From an uncultured bacterium (lineage in GTDB: Bacteria > Bdellovibrionota > JACOXK01): a stretch of DNA of 25,712 nt. The translations under genes and the position numbers were made by a program. Position 1 is the stretch's first letter, and each line of letters starts with the position of its first letter. The stretch lies in assembly GCA_964373325.1 (NCBI GenBank), contig CAYJUJ010000002.1, forward strand, positions 1 to 25,712, written 5' to 3'. Below the pieces are notes generated by a model, which was not told the DNA's origin, made no database searches, and saw nothing but the letters and a program-made list of their open reading frames with translations. Below are positions 1-9,095 of the stretch, piece after piece.

Positions 1-120
1 GGGATCCCCCAGATTTTGCCCTTCTTCATCATGAGGTTGGAGTAAATAAAATCTTACCCCTGTAAGACCCTTTACCTTTCTTGTTGCTACAACTGTTCCT
101 AAAACTTTGCCTAAATACAT
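1..120 (-). CDS. BMC pentamer (BMC-P, EutN/CcmL family), 5' part only; runs off the left edge
   Basis: Manual translation from ATG at 120: MYLGKVLGTVVATRKVKGLTGVRFYLLQPHDEEGQNLGDP (40 codons, no stop). MxLGKVxGTVVAT.K is the EutN/CcmL N-terminus. Start overlaps the end of the upstream BMC-T gene. Not in the ORF track. Confidence 0.92.
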   Translation of the reverse strand, partial: MYLGKVLGTVVATRKVKGLTGVRFYLLQPHDEEGQNLGDP

Positions 121-683
121 AAATCTTTTACGTCTTGATGAACGGAAGTTACAACTTCACTTCTCAATAACGTTCCTCTATCTTGAATAACACTTAAAGC
201 ACCTTGATGGGCTGCCTGAACATCTGTCAGCACACCACTAAATACAAAGTAGCCTTTGCCTCCAATCCCTTGTCCCAACCTTAACTCCACAAGATGAACA
301 TCAGCTGTTTTAAGAGCTGCATCAGAAGCTAAAATAGCAGAAGCAACTGTTTTTGTTTCAACAATACCCAAGGCTTCAACTTTTTGTCCTTTGCCATTTC
401 TACCATTAAGCGTAAGACCTACCTGGAAGTGTAGTTGGGGAATTAAAAAATCATCCACCAGATGAGTTTCGGAAGCTTCTCTTCCTACTTGAAGCGCTTC
501 TTCAACTGGGGCTACTTCTCCAGCAACCATCACTAAATATTTTCCAGAAGAGATAGGTTCTGAAAGAAGAAGTTCAATAGGTGCCTTTTTGACCATAACA
601 TCACTGACAATAAGTCCAAGAGCAATACTATCTAGCTCAATAAGACCTAGGGCTTGAAATTCACTTACATTTTTTTTTAACAT
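111..683 (-). CDS. Tandem-domain BMC shell protein (BMC-T, single-layer PduT/HO BMC-T1-like)
   Basis: Two BMC domains: ALGLIELDSIALGLIVSDVMVKKA...SSGKYLVMVAGEVAPV and ALGIVETKTVASAILASDAALKTA...GIGGKGYFVFSG; 190 aa; inside a BMC operon. Confidence 0.93.
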   Translation of the reverse strand: MLKKNVSEFQALGLIELDSIALGLIVSDVMVKKAPIELLLSEPISSGKYLVMVAGEVAPVEEALQVGREASETHLVDDFLIPQLHFQVGLTLNGRNGKGQKVEALGIVETKTVASAILASDAALKTADVHLVELRLGQGIGGKGYFVFSGVLTDVQAAHQGALSVIQDRGTLLRSEVVTSVHQDVKDLCI

Positions 684-720
684 TTTTTTAATAATGAAAA
701 TCGCTCATCGCAACAACCTT

Positions 721-2166
721 TTATACAATCCTGAAATGCCCTTTCAAGGTACAACGACGCTTCCTTGTAAAATCAATGGCATTAGTCATTCCCTCACCCG
801 TAGGGGATGCAATTGTAAAGGAAGTATAACCCTCTCCTCCTAAACCCAACCCTGAATAAGAGGGAGCATTTTTTACAAAAATAGAGGTATTCATAAGACA
901 TGCCATTTGATGAAGATGATCAATATTTTTAGAATGAATAACAGCTGTGTGCCTATAACCATGCTCAGCCTCTTTTGAAAGAAGCAACCCTTCTTCAAAG
1001 TTTTTCACTCGAACAACGGGCATCACTGGCATCATAAGCTCTTCTTGAACAAAAGGATGATTCTTATCAACCTCACAAATAATAAGTCTAACTTCATCAG
1101 AAGCTTGTACACCGATTTCCTTCAAAATAACATTAGCATTCTTACCAATATATTTTTTATTGGGTTTTCCGTTTTCTAAAACTTGAGCTTCCAATTGTCT
1201 TAACTGAGAAGAAGATGCTAAAAAAGAATTATTTTTCGTCATCTCTTGAATCAGTTTGTCAGCTACTTCATCAACAACAATTGTTTCTTTTTCTGAAACA
1301 CAAACAATATTGTTATCAAGACTTCCCCCCTTCACAATGTAGCGCCCTGCTTTTTCAATATCAGCCGTTTCATCAACAAGAACGGGAGGATTTCCAGGCC
1401 CTGCAGCAATTGTTTTTTTACCACTGGCCATAGCAGCCTTAACTACCCCGCCACCCCCTGTTACAACAAGGAGTCTTATGGCTTTCTGCTTCATAAGCTC
1501 TGCAGCTGATTCAATGGTTGGATCTTCAATAGCTGTAAAAAGATTTTCAGGACCACCCGCTTCTAGAATAGCTTCATTAATAATTTCAACAGTACGAGCA
1601 GAAACATCTTTGGCCATAGGATGAGGGTTAAAAACAACGGCGTTTCCCCCTGCAATCATACCAATGCCATTATTGATGATGGTTTCAGTTGGATTAGTGC
1701 AAGGAGTAATAGCACCAATAACGCCATAAGAGGCTCGCTCTTCTAAAACTAAACCATTATCACCCGTTCTGGCATAGGGAATTAAAATTTCAGTTCCTGG
1801 AGTTTGATTAATAACAAGAAGATTTTTTTTGACTTTATCGGCAACTCTTCCCATTCCTGTTTCTTCCACAGCAAGTTTTGCCAATGTCTCAACATTTTCA
1901 CGGCAACGTTTACGAATATTTTCAATAACACGCCCTCTCTGTTCTAAAGTGATTGTAGCAAAGCGATTGTAAGCAACCTCTGCTGCAGCCACTGCTTCAC
2001 TGACGGTTGTAAAAATTCCTTTTCTTTTTCTTGTCATCCCGGACTTGGATCCCGAGGATCCAGGCATTTTAGATACTGGATCCCAGCTTTCGCTGGGATG
2101 ACCCGTGTTAATACGAGAGACTACTTTATCAACAATGTTTTGAATTTGGTGTTCAGTTAATTGCAT
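721..2166 (-). CDS. CoA-acylating aldehyde dehydrogenase (EutE/PduP-like) with N-terminal encapsulation peptide
   Basis: Motifs ITPCTNPT, VVFNPHP, VTGGGGVV, AGPGNPP, catalytic Cys in NNIVCVSEKE, EELMMP, SFTIASPTGEG. N-terminal amphipathic helix LTEHQIQNIVDKVVSRI. ATG at 2166 preferred; the TTG at 2205 in the ORF track is also in frame. Confidence 0.93.
   Translation of the reverse strand: MQLTEHQIQNIVDKVVSRINTGHPSESWDPVSKMPGSSGSKSGMTRKRKGIFTTVSEAVAAAEVAYNRFATITLEQRGRVIENIRKRCRENVETLAKLAVEETGMGRVADKVKKNLLVINQTPGTEILIPYARTGDNGLVLEERASYGVIGAITPCTNPTETIINNGIGMIAGGNAVVFNPHPMAKDVSARTVEIINEAILEAGGPENLFTAIEDPTIESAAELMKQKAIRLLVVTGGGGVVKAAMASGKKTIAAGPGNPPVLVDETADIEKAGRYIVKGGSLDNNIVCVSEKETIVVDEVADKLIQEMTKNNSFLASSSQLRQLEAQVLENGKPNKKYIGKNANVILKEIGVQASDEVRLIICEVDKNHPFVQEELMMPVMPVVRVKNFEEGLLLSKEAEHGYRHTAVIHSKNIDHLHQMACLMNTSIFVKNAPSYSGLGLGGEGYTSFTIASPTGEGMTNAIDFTRKRRCTLKGHFRIV
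2033..2102. repeat. Inverted doublet of REP-like palindromic units inside the aldehyde dehydrogenase coding sequence
   Basis: Unit A (+, 2033-2063) GTCATCCCGGACTTGGATCCCGAGGATCCAG; unit B (-, 2076-2102) GTCATCCCAGCGAAAGCTGGGATCCAG with perfect stem ATCCCAGC-GAAA-GCTGGGAT. The two units face each other and share GTCATCCC...GGATCCAG ends. Confidence 0.8.
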
Positions 2167-2176
2167 ATTAAAAATA

Positions 2177-2203
2177 CTGAATCCCTGCTTTCGTAGGGAT
2201 GAC
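2177..2203 (-). repeat. Third REP-like unit, between the BMC-P stop and the aldehyde dehydrogenase ATG
   Basis: Minus strand GTCATCCCTACGAAAGCAGGGATTCAG; same length and architecture as unit B, and both are followed by TAT(C/T)T. Confidence 0.8.
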
Positions 2204-2205
2204 AA

Positions 2206-2496
2206 TTATTCTTTCAGAAAAGTTGTTTCACCACGCAGTTCAACTTCATCAACAATAGCCATAATGACCGCATCAACTGGTTTGTTTAAAGTTAATTCTG
2301 TTTGACGGGCAGAACTGCCAGAAGCAAAAAGGACAAGCTCACCCACTCCAGCACCTACAGAATCCACCGCCACAACATAACTACCCTTTGGTTTCCCAAA
2401 GTGATCAGTCTGCTGAACGATGTGTAGTTTCATTCCTGAAAGGCCATCGTCTTTGCGAGAGGCTACAACTGTGCCCTCCACACGCCCAAGCTGCAT
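2206..2496 (-). CDS. BMC pentamer (BMC-P, EutN/CcmL family)
   Basis: [15 protein letters not shown]...[23 protein letters not shown]...[13 protein letters not shown]; 96 aa. Confidence 0.96.
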   Translation of the reverse strand: MQLGRVEGTVVASRKDDGLSGMKLHIVQQTDHFGKPKGSYVVAVDSVGAGVGELVLFASGSSARQTELTLNKPVDAVIMAIVDEVELRGETTFLKE

Positions 2497-2510
2497 TTTT
2501 CTCTCCTATA

Positions 2511-2840
2511 TTATACTGTTGCTGTTACACGCTTTCCACTACTACGCGCTGTTGTTGTTCTTGGACCTCTACCTAAAGGTAGCGCCAAATCAACATTAGC
2601 ATGGGGTCGTGGAATGACATGAACAGAAACAACTTCACCAACTTTTTCAGCACCCCTGGCACCTGCTTCCATGGCTGCTTTCACAGCTGCTACATCACCT
2701 CGAACAACGGCAGTCACATAACCACCACCAGTTTTTTCATAGCCAATAAGTTCAACTCGAGCTGCTTTGACCATAGCATCTGCTGCCTCAACCATAGCTG
2801 CAAATCCCTTGGTTTCTAATAACCCCAATGCGTCTGACAT
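2511..2840 (-). CDS. BMC hexamer shell protein (BMC-H, EutM/PduA family)
   Basis: [56 protein letters not shown]...HVIPRPH. A strong SD (GGAGGAG) precedes the ATG at 2840, so the start was moved from 2855. Confidence 0.97.
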   Translation of the reverse strand: MSDALGLLETKGFAAMVEAADAMVKAARVELIGYEKTGGGYVTAVVRGDVAAVKAAMEAGARGAEKVGEVVSVHVIPRPHANVDLALPLGRGPRTTTARSSGKRVTATV

Positions 2841-2867
2841 AGTCTCCTCCTCCATTTTAATTAAATG

Positions 2868-3491
2868 TTATTTCTTTACTTCTATTCCACTTAAATTCAA
2901 AAGTGCTTGTTTTGCAGCGTCCCGTGCAGAATCAATTTCAGATTCACTTCCACTCAAATAAAGCCTCCCAAAGGCTCCAAAAGGACGCACTTCAACGAGC
3001 GTAATATTAGCAGCCTTTTCTGCCTCGTTAGCTGCTAAGGCTGCATAACCTGCTGGCTCTGTTTCTAAAATAAAAAGTGATTGCCCTGGTAAAATCATAG
3101 ATCCATATCTAATTTTATTGAGAAGAATGGCATGATCAGGCTCAATAGATCGAATAACTTGATCAGTCACAAGTCTTGGCTTTTCTCTATTTTCTTCTTT
3201 TTGTTCTAAACTTCTTAAAATAGCTCGGCCTGCTTGAATCACTTCTCCTTGATCAGCATGATGCACTTCCAAAAGTCCAAACGCTCTTTCAACTATGAGC
3301 ATGGCAGGTCGCACCTTGGTTTCCTTAAGGGCCGTATCCATAACTCTGTTAATGGCAATACCTGGTGCAATTTCTATAAAAAGGGACGCCTCATGAGGAA
3401 CGGGAAGAAAACCTCGACATGTTGTTCCAATGTGAGATGACAATTGGGGTTGCAAACTATCTAAAAATGCATAAGTTTTAAGCTGAATCAT
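2868..3491 (-). CDS. Circularly permuted, double-stacking BMC-T shell protein (BMC-T(dp), CsoS1D/CcmP/HO BMC-T2-like)
   Basis: [14 protein letters not shown]...[22 protein letters not shown]...[11 protein letters not shown]...[24 protein letters not shown]...[14 protein letters not shown] at 3491 preferred over the TTG at 3527, which lies within a TTGACA. Confidence 0.92.
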   Translation of the reverse strand: MIQLKTYAFLDSLQPQLSSHIGTTCRGFLPVPHEASLFIEIAPGIAINRVMDTALKETKVRPAMLIVERAFGLLEVHHADQGEVIQAGRAILRSLEQKEENREKPRLVTDQVIRSIEPDHAILLNKIRYGSMILPGQSLFILETEPAGYAALAANEAEKAANITLVEVRPFGAFGRLYLSGSESEIDSARDAAKQALLNLSGIEVKK

Positions 3492-3554
3492 CAGATTTTC
3501 TGTATCTTGTAAGGATATTACTGTCAAGAATAATTAGCACAAAAAGAAGTCAAT

Positions 3555-4517
3555 TTATCTACTTAAAAGCATTTGCGGCTGAGGTATAACGTTTTTTACA
3601 AACCACTCATAGGCATGGCTTGTTTTAAATGTATTTAAATCATATTTGTAACACACTTTTGTATCATGCCCCTCTCCAACTATCCCCTTTAAAATAAGAT
3701 AGCTTGCAGCTGCTACTTCTGAAAACATTTCTTTAGGCCCTAACTTTGAATATTCAGAAGGAAAATTAGGACTCTGAAGTTTTCTTTGAATTTCTTCTCT
3801 TTTTTCTTGAAAATCTTTATCCGACCAAAATTCTCCTCCATTATAACTATAAGTAGGCATCCCTTCCTTCTCTACTATATTCCAACCCACTTCTTGATTA
3901 AATGCTGCATAGGTAGATGCCATATCTCGCTCAAGTAGATGAAAAAATTCATGGATTAATGTTCCTTGAAAACAAAATTTCTTTCTTAACTTGGTATGCG
4001 CACTTATAAAAACCGCTCTTTCAAAATTTCGATATCGACCCAAACGGGTTCCATCCGATGTTTCTTTAAGAAGAACAAAATGCCCTCTTTTATAAGAGTT
4101 TAAATTTTGAAATAATTCTTCTGCTATCCAAATGACTTCCTCCTCTGTCCATGGAAGAATTTGATTATTAATATAGATACCCCGATCCCACAAATCTTCT
4201 TGAAGGCCAGCCATAAGAGAGGTCACCCCAGGAATTAAACGACCACCTACTCTAAAATCAAGATGATCTAAAATACCATCATGATCGCTATCAGATCCAG
4301 AAATAAGAGGATCACATGGATCTAAATCAATGAGATTTAAAAGACCATCTCCATCAATATCAGAATCATCTTTATTCAAAATGTAATCAGAATCCAAATC
4401 TTCATATCTCATAGAATCAATAAGTGTAAAATCTTTGTAACAGGTTTGCGCATAAGCGGTTTTTAAATTTAAGAATATTGCGAGGATGAAAAACCCAACT
4501 CTTAAGCCTAGAAACAC
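3555..4517 (-). CDS. Secreted putative zinc metallopeptidase (zincin) with acidic Ca-binding-type repeats
   Basis: Signal-peptide-like FLGLRVGFFILAIFLNLKTAYA/Q from GTG 4517 (track start TTG 4565); DSDIDGDGLLNLIDLDP and DSDHDGILDHLD repeats; TLIHEFFH; downstream EYSKLGPKEMFSE third-ligand-type segment. Confidence 0.65.
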   Translation of the reverse strand: MFLGLRVGFFILAIFLNLKTAYAQTCYKDFTLIDSMRYEDLDSDYILNKDDSDIDGDGLLNLIDLDPCDPLISGSDSDHDGILDHLDFRVGGRLIPGVTSLMAGLQEDLWDRGIYINNQILPWTEEEVIWIAEELFQNLNSYKRGHFVLLKETSDGTRLGRYRNFERAVFISAHTKLRKKFCFQGTLIHEFFHLLERDMASTYAAFNQEVGWNIVEKEGMPTYSYNGGEFWSDKDFQEKREEIQRKLQSPNFPSEYSKLGPKEMFSEVAAASYLILKGIVGEGHDTKVCYKYDLNTFKTSHAYEWFVKNVIPQPQMLLSR

Positions 4518-4716
4518 CTTCTGTCTTCTTTCACACAACTTAAACTTACCTCCACACGTTTTCAAGAACCCTTTTACAACAACACGTATGGGAGAAATAG
4601 CAAAGACTATGCCACTCCCAGGAAATATATAAGTTATGAATAAATAAAGATTTTTGTGGGATTAAGAAAGAAGCAGGTGAAAAATTTTGTAATTATTATA
4701 TGATAGAGTTTAGTAG

Positions 4717-4779
4717 AATTGACAGCCACTTTCAGCGCCAACCAAATTCAATGGTTGGCGCTGAAAGTGGCTGTCAATT
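4717..4779. repeat. Perfect 28-bp inverted repeat with 7-nt loop
   Basis: AATTGACAGCCACTTTCAGCGCCAACCA (4717-4744) / AATTCAA / TGGTTGGCGCTGAAAGTGGCTGTCAATT (4752-4779); arms checked base by base; GC-richer than the flanking DNA. Confidence 0.95.
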
Positions 4780-4814
4780 TTTGGAATTTCTGTTATTCTA
4801 AATAATAGAGGCCG

Positions 4815-4976
4815 ATGAAAAATCATTATTATTGTAAGAAAAATTTAAAACAGAAGTCAAAAAATGTTTTAAGGAAAATAGCACTTCATTCTTATCAAGG
4901 TGAAAAAAAACTTTCTGCAAGTGGAGCTAAAGATTTAAGGCTTATTAGAAAATCAAAACTCCATTCAAGAAGCTGA
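4815..4976 (+). CDS. Possible small basic ORF (53 aa), function unknown
   Basis: MKNHYYCKKNLKQKSKNVLRKIALHSYQGEKKLSASGAKDLRLIRKSKLHSRS*; GAGG just upstream; stop lies 5 nt from the convergent ligA stop. No recognisable motif. Confidence 0.25.
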   Translation: MKNHYYCKKNLKQKSKNVLRKIALHSYQGEKKLSASGAKDLRLIRKSKLHSRS

Positions 4977-4981
4977 AGCTG

Positions 4982-7015
<2,034 letters not shown>

Positions 7016-7060
7016 TTATGGGCACAAATTAAAAGTTAGTACTGGGTGTAAGGTTATTTA

Positions 7061-8086
7061 ATGATAAAAAAGATTCATATAACTCAAGCATTAGAAGCTA
7101 GAAATGCTTTATTAGTCGACGTTCGCTCCCCTGCCGAATTCGAAGAAGACCATCTCCCGGGTGCTTTTAATGTCCCTTTACTTAACAATCAAGAACGCCA
7201 TGAAGTGGGTATCGTCTACAAACAGGTGGGGCCTTATAAAGCTCGAAAACTAGGTTTGAAAATGGCAGCTCCTAAAATTGAAGGCTTCTTAAATACCATT
7301 TTAGAACAAAAAAAAGAAAAAGATCTTATATTTTATTGCTGGCGCGGGGGGCTTAGAAGTTACTCCATGGCCACTTTTTTTGATCTTCTTGATCTTCCCG
7401 TCTCTATTATAGACGGCGGATATAAAAGCTATAGAAACTTTGTTCTTGAAAAAATAAACAACCCCTACCCTTTCGAGCTTATTGTTCTTTATGGCATGAC
7501 AGGCAGTGGCAAGACAGAGGTTTTGCAACATCTAAAAAACATGGAAGTTCCTGTTATTGATTTAGAAAAACTTGCTTGCCACAGGGGTTCTGCTTTTGGA
7601 CATATTGGAATTTCAGAAAAAAGAAATCAAAAGCAATTTGATAATCTTCTCTCTCAGGAAATTCTAAAATACAAAAATGAAAAACATGTCTTTGTTGAAG
7701 GAGAAAGCAGAAAAATTGGATCACTTCTTCTGCCAGAATACTGGATGCGGTGTGCAAAAAGCGCTAGAAAAATCCTTGTTTCTGCACCCCTTTCTGCCCG
7801 TATTGAGCGTATTGTGAGAACCTATTCTCAAGTGGAAGCCCTTGAAATGACTTTTCTTTTAAGTATAGAAAAAATTCGAAAAAGACTTGGGGGAGCATTT
7901 TTCCAAGAGCTTAAAACCCTTCTTGATCAAAAGAATTTTAGAGATTTTATTGGAAAAATACTTGAAAACTACTATGATAAAACCTATTTTCCGAAGAACT
8001 TTAAATTTGAAAAATGGGATTTAGAAGTTACAAACCATGATTCATTAAGCTTAGCACAAATACTTAAAAACAAATTTTATGAATAA
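7061..8086 (+). CDS. mnmH: tRNA 2-selenouridine synthase (rhodanese plus P-loop domains)
   Basis: VDVRSPAEFEEDHLPGAFNVP, YCWRGGLRS active-site Cys, GGYKSYR, Walker A GMTGSGKT, DLEKLACHRGSAFG, EGESRKIG. Confidence 0.95.
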   Translation: MIKKIHITQALEARNALLVDVRSPAEFEEDHLPGAFNVPLLNNQERHEVGIVYKQVGPYKARKLGLKMAAPKIEGFLNTILEQKKEKDLIFYCWRGGLRSYSMATFFDLLDLPVSIIDGGYKSYRNFVLEKINNPYPFELIVLYGMTGSGKTEVLQHLKNMEVPVIDLEKLACHRGSAFGHIGISEKRNQKQFDNLLSQEILKYKNEKHVFVEGESRKIGSLLLPEYWMRCAKSARKILVSAPLSARIERIVRTYSQVEALEMTFLLSIEKIRKRLGGAFFQELKTLLDQKNFRDFIGKILENYYDKTYFPKNFKFEKWDLEVTNHDSLSLAQILKNKFYE

Positions 8087-9095
8087 ATATTTTATTTCTC
8101 TCAAATCAAAAACTCTTCTCTTTTTAAGCGGCATGACTTATCGAATCCTTACTCTTATCAGAGGAAAATTGGAACCTCATCAATTAGAAAAACTCATGCA
8201 AAAATATATCGATAACCCAAGACCATCCAAGTGGAACAAAATTATAACAAAGGCCTATGAAAAAGAACTTGTGGATTACACATTATCTCAAGATTTGTGG
8301 GGAATGCGGGAGAACGACGACCCCTTCCTCTCATTTCCAAAACTTGAACAATACGAGAGTGAATTTAAAGAGGTTGCTTCTCGCACCTCCTATGCGCCAG
8401 GTGGCATTATATTTTCAGAAGCCTTTTTACTTTACAGTATGGTTCGCTCTTCAAAACCAGAAGTTTTTATTGAAAGCGGCACCATGAATGCTGTGAGTTC
8501 CTATTTTACAGCTTCAGCCCTTAAGAAAAATCAGAACTCTGCAAAAATGTTTTGTCTTTCTCTTTTTGAAAATGATGAATATAAAATAGCAAGCGAAAAG
8601 CTAAAACCTTATGATTTTGTAACTTTAGAAGTAGGGGGTTCTCAAGAATTAATTGATAAATTGATGCCCCAATATGCCCACTCTAAAGTAGCTTTTTTAA
8701 TTGATGGGCCAAAGGCGCGATCTGCCTCTTGGGATATTTTAACAAAAAAAATAGCGACACATTTTACCAATATTCTTTTTATTTGCTTTGATAGCATGCA
8801 AGATCATGTACCTTATTCATCGAAGGCTTATAATTTAACAAGAGGTATTAATGTAGAAAGAATTAAAGTTATGCACCTTTACCAAAATTATTTTAATGAT
8901 AGAAACTATCAATTCTTTGTGCCTGGAAATCAGTTTTGTAGAAAATTTCATTATCTTAATGAAGAACTTTATAAATATCGAAATGAAAGATGGGGAAAAT
9001 TCTTTCCCTGGGCTCCCTACCATGTGGATAGAATACCCAACCATTATGCACATTCTTACAAGTTAGGTTGTATTTACAAAAACGGAATTATGTAA
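8079..9095 (+). CDS. Hypothetical protein with class I SAM-dependent methyltransferase-like core (Methyltransf_24-like)
   Basis: EAFLLYSMVRSSKPEVFIESGT (motif I-like) and AFLIDGPK; overlaps the mnmH end by 8 nt and the ftsZ end by 8 nt. Confidence 0.55.
   Translation: MNKYFISLKSKTLLFLSGMTYRILTLIRGKLEPHQLEKLMQKYIDNPRPSKWNKIITKAYEKELVDYTLSQDLWGMRENDDPFLSFPKLEQYESEFKEVASRTSYAPGGIIFSEAFLLYSMVRSSKPEVFIESGTMNAVSSYFTASALKKNQNSAKMFCLSLFENDEYKIASEKLKPYDFVTLEVGGSQELIDKLMPQYAHSKVAFLIDGPKARSASWDILTKKIATHFTNILFICFDSMQDHVPYSSKAYNLTRGINVERIKVMHLYQNYFNDRNYQFFVPGNQFCRKFHYLNEELYKYRNERWGKFFPWAPYHVDRIPNHYAHSYKLGCIYKNGIM

Noticed and set aside
1-10. GGGATCCCCC at the window edge as another REP-like unit
   Set aside because: It is explained as codons L-G-D-P of the partial BMC-P gene, and no GTCATCCC partner is visible.
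3533-3554. Motif ATTGACTT(C)TTTTTGTGCT upstream of the BMC operon resembling 23034-23050
   Set aside because: Low complexity, spacing differs by 2 nt, only two instances and no good -10 box; chance is likely in AT-rich DNA.
4566-4662. Frame stays open upstream of the peptidase gene
   Set aside because: No ATG/GTG/TTG in that stretch, and the signal peptide fits a start at 4517.
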